Assembly (NCBI GenBank): GCA_963706955.1
Contig: CAVPOC010000001.1
Location: 128,001-192,000, forward strand
From: an uncultured Verrucomicrobiae bacterium
Lineage (GTDB): Bacteria; Verrucomicrobiota; Verrucomicrobiia; Chthoniobacterales; Terrimicrobiaceae
Length of the DNA stretch: 64,000 nt
Direction of reading: 5' to 3'
The translations under genes and the position numbers were made by a program. The notes beneath the pieces were generated by a model, which did not search any database, was not told the DNA's origin, and saw only the letters and a program-made list of their open reading frames with translations. Below, one piece after another: positions 29,876-40,553 of the stretch. Within the stretch, counting starts at the first letter, position 1. Each line of letters opens with the position of its first letter.

Positions 29876-32136
29876 CTTTTTCACAGCCGGCGTGGTTTTT
29901 CGCTTTGGCGATTGTTCCAATCGTCGCGGCGCTCTACCTTTGGTCGCAGCGGCGTAGCGATGCTCTCCTCTCCAAAGTGGTGGCTCCGCGGCTCCGGTCA
30001 CAGCTTGCGGGGACCGTTAGCAAGGGACGGAGGACGCTGAAGTCGGCCGTGATCCTAGCGGTCTTCGGTCTTATCGCCATGGCTCTTGCTCGGCCGCAAA
30101 TGGGTTTCGTTCAGCGCGAGGTTAAGCAGCGTGGCCGTGATGTGATCGTCGCGATCGATACCTCGCGCAGCATGCTTGCCACTGACGTGGCGCCCAGTCG
30201 GTTGGCACGGGCCAAGCTCGTCGCGCAGGATTTGCTGCGCTTGGTCCGAGGAGATCGCGTCGGCCTGGTGGCCTTTGCGGGCTCGGCCTTTCTCCAGGCT
30301 CCGCTGACTCTGGATTACAATGCGGTCTTAACCTCTCTCGAGGAACTCGACACCGCGGTGATTCCTAAGGGTGGATCGAACATCGCCGAGGCGATTCGCA
30401 TTGCCGAACAGGCCTTCGGAAAGGGGGAGGGGCAAACGCGCGCTCTCGTTATCTTGACCGACGGCGAGGAATTGGATGCCGACGGCGTTGCCGCTGCGAA
30501 AAGGGCTGGCGAGCTCGGCGTGCGTGTTTTTACCGTTGGCATTGGCTCCGCGGAAGGCTCTCTCATTCCCCTGCGTAGTGACGAGGGGGGAACCGATTTC
30601 GTTCGCGACACTGCCGGAAAGCCGGTGCAAAGCAAGCTTGACGAAAAGCGGCTGAAGGAGATTGCGGAAGCGGGAGGAGGTTTTTACGTCCCACTGAGCG
30701 CCGAGGCAGCGCGCAATATCTTTGAGGACGGAATTCTCAAACTCGACGAGGCGGAAACTGGAATCTTGTCGGCACGACAGCCGATCGAACGTTATCAATG
30801 GCCGTTGGGCGTGGCGGTGGGATTGCTCGTTCTTTGGTTGCTTCTCGGCGACAGAAGAAGGCCGATCGTTCTTCGTAGAGGCGCGACCGCCCTTGTTCTG
30901 TTTGGTTTTTCGGCGACGCTCTCCACCGCAGCTACTGGACTCGAGGAGTATGAGGCTGGACATTTCGAAAAGGCCAAGGTGGACTTCGAACGGCGTTTGC
31001 AAGCGACTCCTCAATCGGACAAACTCCATTTCAACGCTGGAGCCGCCTCCTATAAACTTGGGGATTTTGCCAAGGCGGTGGATCATTTTACGCAGTCGCT
31101 TCTGAGCGGGGATCCAAAGTTGCGTGAAGATTCGTCCTACAATCTCGGGAACGCTCTCGTGCGTCGTGGCGAAGCCGCTAAAGGAAACGAAGAAAAGAAA
31201 GCTGATTGGAAGAATGCCATCCAGCATTACTCCGAAGCGCTGAAGCTTGATCCGCAGAACAAGCAGGCGGAGGAGAACCGGGAGATTGTCAAAAAGATGC
31301 TCGAAGATCTCGAGAAACAGGAAAAAGAGCAGCAGCAGAAGCAGGATCAACAGCAACAGAAGCAGGATCAACAGCAGCAGAAGCAAGATCAGCAGCAGCA
31401 GAAGCAGGATCAGCAGCAGCAGAAGCAAGATCAGCAGCAGCAGAAGCAGGATCAGCAGCAGCAGAAGCAGGATCAGCAGCAGCAGAAGCAAGATCAACAG
31501 CAGCAGAAGCAAGATCAACAGCAGCAGAAGCAGGATCAGCAGCAACAGAAGCAGGATCAGCAGCAGAAGCAGGATCAGCAACAGCAGAACCAGGGCCAGG
31601 CAAAGCAGGACCAGCAGCAACAGAAGCAGGAGCAGCAGCAGCAAAACCAGGGCCAGTCAAAGCAGGAGCAGCGGGATCAACAGCAACAGGGCCAGGATCA
31701 GGCAAAGCAGGACCAGCAGCAAAAGCAACAGAAAGGCGACCAGCAGCAACAGAAGCAAGCTTCAAAGGATCAAGAGCAGGCCAAGCCTGAGCGGGATGAA
31801 AAAGGTCAGCAAAGTCAGGATCAGCCGCAGAAGGATCGCGAAGGCAAGGACGAGCCTGCAAATGAGAGTCAACCACAAGGGCAACAACAGATGGCCAAAA
31901 ACTCAGATCAACAACCTCAGCCAACTCCTGGTGAGAAGAAGAAGGGCGACCTGAAGCCAAGCGAAGAGCCGCAGCAAGAAGCTGGATCGGAAGGTAGCGC
32001 GAGCGAGGGTGTTGAGAAGGAGGGCGAGATGAGCCCAGCCCAAGCGAGAGGCTTATTAAATTCTCTTCGCTCGGAGGAGGATCGCGTGCGATTGATGCAG
32101 CGAAAGGAACTGGAGGATACTTTGAAGGATTGGTGA
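29857..32136 (+). CDS. BatB-like VWA domain fused to BatC-like TPR domain with Gln-rich linker
   Basis: DTSRSMLATDV.PSRL, LTDGE, TM helix, TPR YNLGNAL, poly-Q repeat, C-terminal KDW. Confidence 0.88.
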   Translation: METSPLTFSQPAWFFALAIVPIVAALYLWSQRRSDALLSKVVAPRLRSQLAGTVSKGRRTLKSAVILAVFGLIAMALARPQMGFVQREVKQRGRDVIVAIDTSRSMLATDVAPSRLARAKLVAQDLLRLVRGDRVGLVAFAGSAFLQAPLTLDYNAVLTSLEELDTAVIPKGGSNIAEAIRIAEQAFGKGEGQTRALVILTDGEELDADGVAAAKRAGELGVRVFTVGIGSAEGSLIPLRSDEGGTDFVRDTAGKPVQSKLDEKRLKEIAEAGGGFYVPLSAEAARNIFEDGILKLDEAETGILSARQPIERYQWPLGVAVGLLVLWLLLGDRRRPIVLRRGATALVLFGFSATLSTAATGLEEYEAGHFEKAKVDFERRLQATPQSDKLHFNAGAASYKLGDFAKAVDHFTQSLLSGDPKLREDSSYNLGNALVRRGEAAKGNEEKKADWKNAIQHYSEALKLDPQNKQAEENREIVKKMLEDLEKQEKEQQQKQDQQQQKQDQQQQKQDQQQQKQDQQQQKQDQQQQKQDQQQQKQDQQQQKQDQQQQKQDQQQQKQDQQQQKQDQQQKQDQQQQNQGQAKQDQQQQKQEQQQQNQGQSKQEQRDQQQQGQDQAKQDQQQKQQKGDQQQQKQASKDQEQAKPERDEKGQQSQDQPQKDREGKDEPANESQPQGQQQMAKNSDQQPQPTPGEKKKGDLKPSEEPQQEAGSEGSASEGVEKEGEMSPAQARGLLNSLRSEEDRVRLMQRKELEDTLKDW
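31330..31590 (+). repeat. 21-bp tandem repeat encoding (QQQQKQD)n, 12 KQD units
   Basis: AAG CAR GAT recurs at 31339, 31360 ... 31549 (21-bp steps), then at 31567; synonymous CAG/CAA variation. Confidence 0.95.
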
Positions 32137-34007
32137 TGAAGGCTCGCATGCAGAAATTTGTTCTCCTTTTCGTGCTCGCGGTGTTCGGTGTCACGCGCGC
32201 GGGTGAGGCACAGCAGGTCCGCGCGGAGCTGTCGCAGGATTACGCTGCTGTCGGTCAACCTGTGCGGCTCAACATCTCAGTGACGGGTGGCCGTGGTGCC
32301 CAGGTTCCGCAGCAGTTGAACATCGACGGCATTGATGCCCGCTTTGTTGGAAAATCCGAGCAGATGCAGTGGCAGATGGGGAAGGGGGGCGTTAACTCGA
32401 GTGCCACGTCGATATACAGCTACATCATTGTCCCGCTGCGACAGGGAGAATTTACCATCCCGGCGATCCCGATGGTTATCGCCGGAAAGACCGTTACGAC
32501 TTCCCCGCTCAAATTGAGCGTCTCAGGCGGTCGCGGGAACGTTCCGGTTCTGCCGGCCATCCCCGTTCCCCAACGCCAGAAAGGCCAACAATCAGTTCCG
32601 CCGCCAGCGGCGCAAGCCACCCCGCGCTCGGCGCGCGGATCGCAGCAGGACGAGTCCAAGATTGCATTTGGAGATCTAATCATTCCGAAGAAAAGCGTCT
32701 ATGTCGGCGAGGTCGTTCCGGTTGAGTTGCGTTTCTATTTCGATGCCAGTTATCCGGTGCGCCTTCCTGATCGGCCGACGTTTTCGGGTGATGGTTTTAC
32801 GGTTATGCGCTTTTCCAAACCGATCGAAAAGCAACAGGAGGTTGGCGGACGGGCATACAACCTCGTCATCTTCCAGACCGCGCTGACCGCCGCGAAAGCC
32901 GGCTCCCTTGAGATCTCCCCGGCAACGATGGAGTCACAAATCCAGCTTCCGGGTCGCTCGGGCATGGATGACTTCTTTGGCGGGTTTTTCGGCAACATGC
33001 TCTCAGCGGGAGATGTTCGGCAGACAACAGTTTCCACTCAGTCCGCTAAGCTGGAAGTCAAACCGCTTCCGAAGGATGGCCAGCCTGAGAATTTTAGCGG
33101 GGCCATCGGCCAGTTCTCGCTGCAAGCCGCGGCAGCACCCAAGCAGGCGGCTGCGGGGGATCCGATCTCCTTGAACGTTACCGTTTCGGGAAGGGGAAAT
33201 TTCGACGCCATGGGAGCGCCGGTTCTGCTCGACGCCGAAGGGTGGCGGACGTATCCACCTGGCGAGAAATTCGAGGCGAGCCAAAGCGATCCCATCGGCT
33301 TCAACGGAGAGAAGCGATTCGAGTATATGATCGTGGCGCGCGAGGACCGTTCAAAGACACCGATCGCTGAGCTTTCATTCTTTGACCCCGCCATCGAGAA
33401 ATACGTTACCGTTCGAAGTAATGCGGTCGCCGTAACCGCGAAGGGGGGCAAGGTTGATCCATCTCCAGTGGCTGCGGCAACTTCCACGCCCCAGCCGCAG
33501 ATCGCGCCAAGCCCGGCGGCACCGGTCGAAGTCGAGGACCAACTCGCGGCGGATTACACGCCGGCCTCCTTCTCTTCGTTCGCCTACAATCGAAGCTTTT
33601 TAATTGTCAATGGCGCCTTGGCAGCAACTTGGTCCGCGGCTCTGCTCATCGGCTTGGGACGGATTGCGGCGACTTCATCGTTTGCCAAAGAATCCGCCTT
33701 TCGTCGCAACAAGCGCGCCCTTCTTCGAAAAATGGAAGACCCTCAGTGCGGTCCGGAGCAATTTTTCCGGAATGCCGAGCAATTCCTGCAGGCCTGCCTG
33801 TCGAACAACGGGACGAGGTCCGACCTCGGTGAACTGCTCGAGAGGTCGAAGGTAGGCGATCAAAGCAAAGCAGCAGTGCGCACCATTCTCAGCCGGTACG
33901 ATGAATGGAAATATTCACCAAGCGACGCGCCGCCCACGCTCGAGGCCGCCGAACGTCAACAAGTCGTCGCTCAACTAAGAGATTTCGATCATGAGTTGCG
34001 CAAGTAG
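32130..34007 (+). CDS. batD: BatD family protein
   Basis: Signal peptide, G.FTIP, VYVGE, FSGAIGQFSL, GDPI.L.VTVSG.GN, FFDP..EKY, C-terminal TM helix. Confidence 0.9.
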   Translation: MVMKARMQKFVLLFVLAVFGVTRAGEAQQVRAELSQDYAAVGQPVRLNISVTGGRGAQVPQQLNIDGIDARFVGKSEQMQWQMGKGGVNSSATSIYSYIIVPLRQGEFTIPAIPMVIAGKTVTTSPLKLSVSGGRGNVPVLPAIPVPQRQKGQQSVPPPAAQATPRSARGSQQDESKIAFGDLIIPKKSVYVGEVVPVELRFYFDASYPVRLPDRPTFSGDGFTVMRFSKPIEKQQEVGGRAYNLVIFQTALTAAKAGSLEISPATMESQIQLPGRSGMDDFFGGFFGNMLSAGDVRQTTVSTQSAKLEVKPLPKDGQPENFSGAIGQFSLQAAAAPKQAAAGDPISLNVTVSGRGNFDAMGAPVLLDAEGWRTYPPGEKFEASQSDPIGFNGEKRFEYMIVAREDRSKTPIAELSFFDPAIEKYVTVRSNAVAVTAKGGKVDPSPVAAATSTPQPQIAPSPAAPVEVEDQLAADYTPASFSSFAYNRSFLIVNGALAATWSAALLIGLGRIAATSSFAKESAFRRNKRALLRKMEDPQCGPEQFFRNAEQFLQACLSNNGTRSDLGELLERSKVGDQSKAAVRTILSRYDEWKYSPSDAPPTLEAAERQQVVAQLRDFDHELRK

Positions 34008-34732
34008 GCTGATATTCTCCTTCGTTCTCGCCCTGGTGAGCCCACTCCAGGCGGACCTGATATCCGAAGGTAAAGCCGCGTTTGCCAAGGGCGAGTATCC
34101 GGCGGCAGCCGATGCACTTCAGGTCCGCTTTGTCGACCAAAGGTTCGAGCGCAGGACTCTACTACAACCTGGCGATGGCAGAGCAGAAGTCGGGTCGGCG
34201 CGCCGAGGCGGCACTGAGCCTGCGCAGAGCGCTCACGCTTGACCCTCGCATGATCGATGCACGGATCGCGCTCTCCGAGATCGAACGTTCGCAAGGCGTT
34301 CCGCTGACACCGTCGAGTTGGCGCGATATCGTGGCCGAGCACGCGCCGATCGGGGCCCTTTTGATTGGAGGCTCCGCTCTCGCTTGGGTGGGAGCGTTCC
34401 TCCTGCTTTTTGCCATCTTTGCCAGGGCCGGGAGGGCCCTTCCGCTAGCAGGTGCGACCGGGCTCCTGATTGTTGGGGTCGGCATTTTCCTCTTGGGATA
34501 TCTCGCCGATCCGCGCGTCTCTGAGCGCAATGTCGCCGTCGTCCGGGACAGCGAAGGTGTCCCACTTCTCTCCTCGCCGGCAAACCAGTCCGCGACAGTG
34601 ACGCGTCTTCCCGCCGCCTCGTCGGTCCGAATTCTCCAAGAGCGGGGTGAGTGGACATTCTGTAGCGCGCCAGGCGGGGAAAAAGGCTGGGCACCAAGCA
34701 AATCGCTCGAGGCCGTCGTGCCTGCGGCATGA
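33991..34732 (+). CDS. batE: BatE-like TPR + TM + SH3-like protein; apparent frameshift at about 34117
   Basis: Signal peptide, AFAKGEY; then LYYNLA TPR, two TM helices, VRILQERGEW...EKGW. Confidence 0.8.
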
Positions 34733-35524
34733 AGTCAGTCACCGCAGCCACCTTTTTCGCTGCGGTCATGCTTTCAGTTGGTCAGGCGGCCGACCCATGG
34801 CTTGCCAGAATTGGTCCCGAGACACTCGGGCCTTTTCCGCTAGTTAGACCATTTTCGGGAAAGTTCCGCTTTGGTTGGTCGGAGATCGGCGCGGCAAGCG
34901 CTGAAGCCAGAGTGTGGTATTCCGGAGACAAGATCATGGTCGAAGTCAAGGGGGGAACGAACGGTTTGGCGCGGACGCTCTGGCAACTTGATGCCCGGCA
35001 CAAGGCCACCATTTTAAAAGAGGGTTTGCAGCCGGTCGCCTTTGAACAGGTCGAGCGCTATGCGAAGAAACGGGTCCGCACCGAAGCGGTCTTTAAATCA
35101 GACGGTCTCTGGCGTCTTCGCGCAGTTACCGTCTGATCCGAAAAATGTGCCAAGATGGAAGAAGATCAAGGTCGAGCCGATTCGTGACATCGTTTCAGCC
35201 ATGCTCTTCATCCGCAGCCAACCGTTGAACGACGGCGAGAAAATTGGCGTCGTGGCTTTTCCAGGCGATGCCCCTTTTCTGGTCGAGGCCACTGTCGTGC
35301 GACACGAGCAAATCAGGGTCGGAAACAAACTCCGCAAAGTCATCAAACTGGACTTTCAGATCCAACGAATCGATCTCGCCAAGCGCCGCTTGGCGCCGCA
35401 TGGGAAATTCAAGAACGGCACCGTGTGGATTTCGGACGATGAAAACCGAGTTCCATTGCGGGCCGAGGTGAACATCTTTATCGGATACGTCTTCGGCGAG
35501 TTGGAAAATATCCAGTTCCAATGA
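34729..35524 (+). CDS. DUF3108-like secreted protein; apparent frameshift at about 35129
   Basis: FRFGWS.IGA..A, DIVSAMLFIRSQPL, VWISDDENRVPLR..V.IFIG.V..EL. Confidence 0.7.
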
Positions 35525-35565
35525 AACTACTTTGCTGAGAACAGATGATCTTGGCCGGTGGGAAG

Positions 35566-35597
35566 TGTGGAGGCGCTTGTGCCAAGCGCCCGCTACA
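35566..35597 (+). repeat. REP-like palindrome between convergent genes
   Basis: TGTGGA-GGCGCTTG-TGC-CAAGCGCC. Confidence 0.5.
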
Positions 35598-35707
35598 ACT
35601 CAGCCGCTGGACCTCATGCGAAAAGCACTGGAGGCCTGACAGCGTGAAACTTACAACTGTTATTACCAAAGTGCAGTCAAATTGAGGTGAAGCTCTAGGT
35701 TCCGAAC

Positions 35708-36481
35708 TTAGTCCACCTCTTTGAGGCGTGCGACGTGGTGATGCAGCACGCGGCGCTCGTTACCTTGCGCTGTAAGAATGCGGAGATTGGCCGCTTGGTC
35801 GAGTCCGAGAAATCTGCCGCCAATGATTTCCCCGGCGGTCAAAGTGATTTCAACCGGGCAACTGCTCCAGTGCATGTTCAGCGCACGGATGGCTGTCTCG
35901 AGTCCGCCAGCGAGCATCGCATGGTAGGCATCCTCGAATCGATCAAGGATAGTGACCGTTAGGGCGTCGAGCGACGGAACCGCGCCTGAGATGTCTGCCA
36001 GCCGAGTAGTGCTCTCGGCAAGTGACGGGTCAAACGTCCACGGCGCATTTTGGACATTCATGCCAATCCCGACCGTCAGCTTGTGACGACCTCCCTGTTC
36101 GATGAGCAGGCCGGCAAGCTTCTTTCGTCCACTCATCAGATCATTCGGCCAGCGTAGTCGCGCCTCGGGAACGTTGAGCTTTTTGAGAGCGAGGAGCAGG
36201 TGATGACCGACCATAAGCGAAAATCCGTTCCAACGGCTCGCGTCGCCGGACGCCGGTAGCGTTGCCGACAGCCACAGGCCGCCGACATCGGAAACAAAGG
36301 AGCGCCCAAAGCGTCCACGACCCGCCATTTGCGAGGCTGCACGGACCGCACTCCATGGGGGAAGTTCGCGCGCGAGATCATTTGTGGAGGTCACCGTCTC
36401 GTGCGGGAAAAGTCTCCAGCCAGCGGCACCTACCGTGACGGGGCCAGAAACTGTCGATGTCGAATTCGGCGGCGTGTTCAT
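35708..36481 (-). CDS. birA: Biotin--protein ligase without an HTH domain
   Basis: STND, QMAGRGRFGRSF, RWPNDL...KKLAGLL.E, GIGMNV. Confidence 0.92.
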   Translation of the reverse strand: MNTPPNSTSTVSGPVTVGAAGWRLFPHETVTSTNDLARELPPWSAVRAASQMAGRGRFGRSFVSDVGGLWLSATLPASGDASRWNGFSLMVGHHLLLALKKLNVPEARLRWPNDLMSGRKKLAGLLIEQGGRHKLTVGIGMNVQNAPWTFDPSLAESTTRLADISGAVPSLDALTVTILDRFEDAYHAMLAGGLETAIRALNMHWSSCPVEITLTAGEIIGGRFLGLDQAANLRILTAQGNERRVLHHHVARLKEVD

Positions 36482-36573
36482 CAATGGGTGGCGGATTTTT
36501 CCCTCCGCGCGAGCCCACCTGGGAGGGGGAAACTGTTGCTTGCTTTGCAAACGCGGAAGGTAAAACTCCCGCG

Positions 36574-37534
36574 ATGATCGAATATGTCAAGGTACTCCGT
36601 ATTGATCATTGGCTGAAGAACGTCTTCATCTTCTTCGGACATCTGGTCGCGTTGGCGCTACTGCCGGACCGAAGTGCCCCAGAACACTGGTGACGTTGTT
36701 CTGCGCATATTCTTGTCGCTCCTCCCCGCGTGCCTGATCGCGTCAGCGAACTACATCGTCAACGAAATTCTCGACGCTCCCTTCGACCGCATGCATCCGA
36801 CGAAACGGTTCCGTCCGGTGCCTTCCGGCAAGGTCAAACTCCCGGTGCTGTGGACATTGATGAGCGTCCTCATCGTGGTTGCCTTTGTGCTCGCGGCGCT
36901 GTGGTTCAATGTCGGATATCTTGTCGCGTTGGCCCTGCTATTGCTCAGCGGTATCGCTTACAACGTCGAGCCCGTGCGCCTGAAGGACCGCGCCTACCTG
37001 GACGTCATTGCAGAGTCCTTCAACAATCCCGTCCGGCTCTGGCTTGGATGGTATGCGTTGCTTCCCTCCCACTACTATCCGCCGCTATCGATCGTGCTGG
37101 CATGGTGGTTTTTTGGCGCGCTGCTGATGGCCGGCAAACGTTATGCAGAATTTCGCTTCATCGGCGACGCCCGGCGTCGCGGCGACTACAGAAAATCGTT
37201 TCGTGTTTATACCGAACGATCGCTCATTCTTTCGATGGTAACGTATGCAAACTTTTTCTGTTTTTGCATGGGCATAGCCATCGCGGTCTATCGACCGAAT
37301 CTGGTCTTCGTCTTCCCCCTGGTCGTGGTTGCCATCTGCGTTTATCTCCACCGCGCCATGAGCGAGGAGGGTGCCAAACTCGAACCCGAGCACCTCCTGA
37401 AAAGTCCGTTGGTCATTGCCTGCACTCTGATCGTTGTGGCGGTCTCCGCTTTGCTGGCCTGGACGAAAGCCGACCTTACGAAGAGCCTGCATCTGTTCGA
37501 AGGGATGGAAGTGCAAGAAAAGACAAGTCAATGA
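36574..37534 (+). CDS. UbiA-family prenyltransferase, decaprenyl-phosphate phosphoribosyltransferase-like; apparent frameshift at about 36677-36680
   Basis: LR.DHW.KNVFIF, SANYIVNEILDAPFDRMHP.KR.RPV.SG, LK....LDV, GKRYAE. Confidence 0.82.
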
Positions 37535-37538
37535 TTGG

Positions 37539-38961
37539 ATGGGTGAGGTGCATGTGGCCTTAGCCTTTGAATGGTTCCAGGCGCATCGATGGGCGGCGTT
37601 GTGGATCACATTACCCATCGTCCTTGCCGTTCATCTGATCTCCGCGGCCGTAACGATTCGGCATTCCAATCAGGACCCCGTCGCCTCTGATCAGGGCGCG
37701 GAAATGTGGCTGGCTGCCACGGCACGCGACGATCTACTTCCGCAGCGCAGCGATGGAGTGCGCCATCCACTCTGGTCCTGGATCGCGCGGTCGGTCTACA
37801 CGGAAGACGAGACCTCCTTTTTTGCACGGGGGAAGTGGCTTAATACCTTTTTTTGCGTCATCTTCCTTGCCGGGTTTGGTTTGGTCGTGGCGCGGTGGCT
37901 TGATCCCCTGGCCACGGCGAACTTGCTCCTCCTAAGCAGTCTGGGAGTCTTGCTGGTGCGGGGCACATATTTCCAACCCGAGCCGTTGTATTATATTTTA
38001 TTCTTCCTCGCGATAGTTCTGGCTTGGAGGATCCTGCAGGGAGGACCGCTCTGGCTCTACACTGTTTTCGGTCTTGTTTGTGGCCTGGCGTTTCTTGCGA
38101 AGCCCTCGCTACTGCCCTTCTTGATCGTGTTTTGCCTGGCGTTTTGCTTACGGGCTTTCCTGGCCCTGCGCCGCGGGGACACCGAATGGCGCGTCCCTCG
38201 CAACCTCACCGGAATGGTCCTCGCATTCGCCATCCTTGCCCTCATGCGTGCTCCCGCTTGCTCTGTTCACTGAGAAACATTTCGGGTCGCCGCTTTTCAA
38301 CTACACCAAATATTGGATGTGGATGGACGACTTTATGACCGAGGCGTGGCCGTTTCAGGACAAATATCCTGGGCGGGTGCAGCTCGAGCAATTGCCGGAG
38401 GAAGAGAAACCTTCTCCCGCTTTGTACTTCAAGAAGCACGGTCTCGATGATGCGCTAAAGCGCCTGGGGAGTGGGACCTGGGAGGTCTTTTCCCGTTTTT
38501 TCTTTCCCGAAGCCAAGCTGCGATGGAGCGGATTTTTTTGGCGTTCACCGGAGAAAAAGTGGGAGCAGCCGCTGGCTCATCGGGGCATCTATCTCATCTT
38601 GCTGGGAGGTTTGTGTGCTCTCCTGGCGGTTGCTTCCGGATCTGCCTTCAGGCAGCTTCTGGCGCGTCCTGGAAACATCGCCGGTCTTTGTTTTGCGGCG
38701 GCCCTGGGCATCAGTTATTTGCTTTTGTATGGTTGGTATTGGCCGATCGGTCGCGGCGATCGATTCATGGGAAGTTTATGGATCCCATTCGTCTTCGGGC
38801 TAACTTGGCTGGCCTTCCAGTTGCGGCAGCGCGCAGAGAGTCGATTCGCAGATATCGTCTATCTGACCGTCCACGGCGTGATCTTGATTTCACTCGCCTG
38901 GCAAGTCATTGGTATCCTCTGGCGTTTCTCGGCGGGAATTTATCTTGTTACGCGCAACTAA
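37539..38961 (+). CDS. Polytopic membrane protein, GT-C (ArnT/PMT-like) glycosyltransferase candidate; apparent frameshift at about 38247; start may be 37531
   Basis: SDQ loop after TM1, RHPLW, QPEPLYY, GL..GLAFLAKPS, GDRF; directly follows the UbiA gene. Confidence 0.6.
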
Positions 38962-38989
38962 AGCGGTTGAATGCGCGCACTGTAACTCG

Positions 38990-39475
38990 ATGAACAAATT
39001 TCGGCTTGTTTGTTTAGGCCTCGCGCTGAGCGCACTCAACGCGTGTGTCACGCCCCGGCAGAGTGACCGGCCCCAGGTTCTCGACAAGCTGCAGGCAATG
39101 GGCGTGGACCAGAAAACTTATGCCAAGATCGCCAACCATCGGGTCCTGGGTTACGACGATATTTACGAGCTTGTCAGAAAACGTGTGCCGGGGCCGATTG
39201 TCATCAGCTATTTGCGGAGCACTCACGCACCTTATCGGCTGACGAATCGTCAGCTTGAGCGTCTCACCGATGGCGGCGCCAGCGCCGACCTCATCAACTA
39301 TCTGGGTAAATCGACCGGCTACTTCGAGGCCACGGAGCGCAGTCAAACAGGCAAGTCTGGAGAATGGAAGAACCATCCCTACTATTCCGATCCGTTCTTC
39401 ATGGGTCCGCCGCCATTTGGTTACGAATGGCCGGGAGAGTGGGATGACCCCGGCTGGATCGAGACTGTCTTTTGA
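38990..39475 (+). CDS. Hypothetical lipoprotein
   Basis: MNKFRLVCLGLALSALNA-C lipobox-like signal. Confidence 0.75.
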   Translation: MNKFRLVCLGLALSALNACVTPRQSDRPQVLDKLQAMGVDQKTYAKIANHRVLGYDDIYELVRKRVPGPIVISYLRSTHAPYRLTNRQLERLTDGGASADLINYLGKSTGYFEATERSQTGKSGEWKNHPYYSDPFFMGPPPFGYEWPGEWDDPGWIETVF

Positions 39476-39478
39476 CCC

Positions 39479-40459
39479 GTGCTCACCTCCTTTCTGACGG
39501 CCTTCGGCAAACCCGCAGACGTTCTGAGCCTCGAGGAGCGTCCGCGTCCCCGACCGGACAAGGGCGAGATTCTGCTCGAGATGCTGGCCGCTCCGGTGAA
39601 TCCGGCGGATCTTAATGTGATCGAAGGTAAATACGGGGAATTGCCCGAGCTCCCCGCCATCATTGGAAATGAGGGAGTGGGTCGCGTGATCGAGCTCGGC
39701 GTCGGCACCAACGGCTTCTCTGTGGGCGACCTCATTCTTCCGATGCGCCGTGGCACCTGGACGCAGTTTATGCTGGCTGACGCTGCCACGGCGATCCGAT
39801 TGCCACCGAAGATGAATGCGTTTCAGGCCGCCATGCTGACGATCAATCCGGTGTCCGCCTGGGGCATGCTCAACAGCTTCGTGCGCCTGCAGAAGGGGGA
39901 TTGGGTTGTGCAGAACGCGGCCAATTCCGCGGTCGGACGATGCGTTATCCAGATCGCTCGATCCCGTGGTTGGAAAACGCTAAATGTCGTTCGGCGTTCG
40001 GATGTAATCGAAGACTTGAAGGCGCTGGGCGCGGACGAAGTGGTCCTTGAAGGTCGCGACTTACGCGAGATCTCCGCCGATCTCTGTGGCGCGCATCGCC
40101 CCAGACTCGGGCTCAACGCTGTGGGCGGCGCAAGTGCGCTCAACCTCGCAAACGCCCTCTCGGACTTTGGGGTGCTCGTCACCTACGGAGCGATGGCGCG
40201 GCAACCGCTGAAGATCCCTAACGGGCTCTTGATTTTTCGCAACTTGGAATTCAAAGGATTCTGGGCGAGTCGGTGGCTTCGCTCGCTTTCGCCCGCGCGG
40301 GCCACCAAAATGTGGGACTCGCTGGCGAGTCTTTCCATGCGCGGAAAACTGCGCGTGCCCATTCATCGCGTCTTTCCGCTTCCCGATCTGTTATCGGCGG
40401 TTCAGGAGGCTGCCAGCGAGAAACGCAACGGCAAGGTCCTTCTCGATTTGCGCGCGTGA
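39479..40459 (+). CDS. MDR-family 2-enoyl thioester reductase (MECR/Etr1-like)
   Basis: APVNPADLNVIEGKY, GNEGVG, INPVSA, QNAANSAVG, LNAVGG, TYGAMA, GFW. Confidence 0.85.
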   Translation: MLTSFLTAFGKPADVLSLEERPRPRPDKGEILLEMLAAPVNPADLNVIEGKYGELPELPAIIGNEGVGRVIELGVGTNGFSVGDLILPMRRGTWTQFMLADAATAIRLPPKMNAFQAAMLTINPVSAWGMLNSFVRLQKGDWVVQNAANSAVGRCVIQIARSRGWKTLNVVRRSDVIEDLKALGADEVVLEGRDLREISADLCGAHRPRLGLNAVGGASALNLANALSDFGVLVTYGAMARQPLKIPNGLLIFRNLEFKGFWASRWLRSLSPARATKMWDSLASLSMRGKLRVPIHRVFPLPDLLSAVQEAASEKRNGKVLLDLRA

Positions 40460-40553
40460 AGCAGGTCGTTTCACAGGTCCGTTGCTTGCGGCGCTCGCAA
40501 GAGGGTGTTTCGACGATTCGGCTCAACCAGGCGACCATGGACCTTCGCTGACG

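Noticed and set aside
31330..31590. Regular repeats as a possible CRISPR array (also 57855-57953)
   Set aside because: Contiguous in-frame coding repeats with no unique spacers and no cas genes
30328..31644. 438-aa minus-strand ORF beginning with poly-Leu
   Set aside because: Antisense shadow of the CAG-rich Gln repeat in the Bat gene
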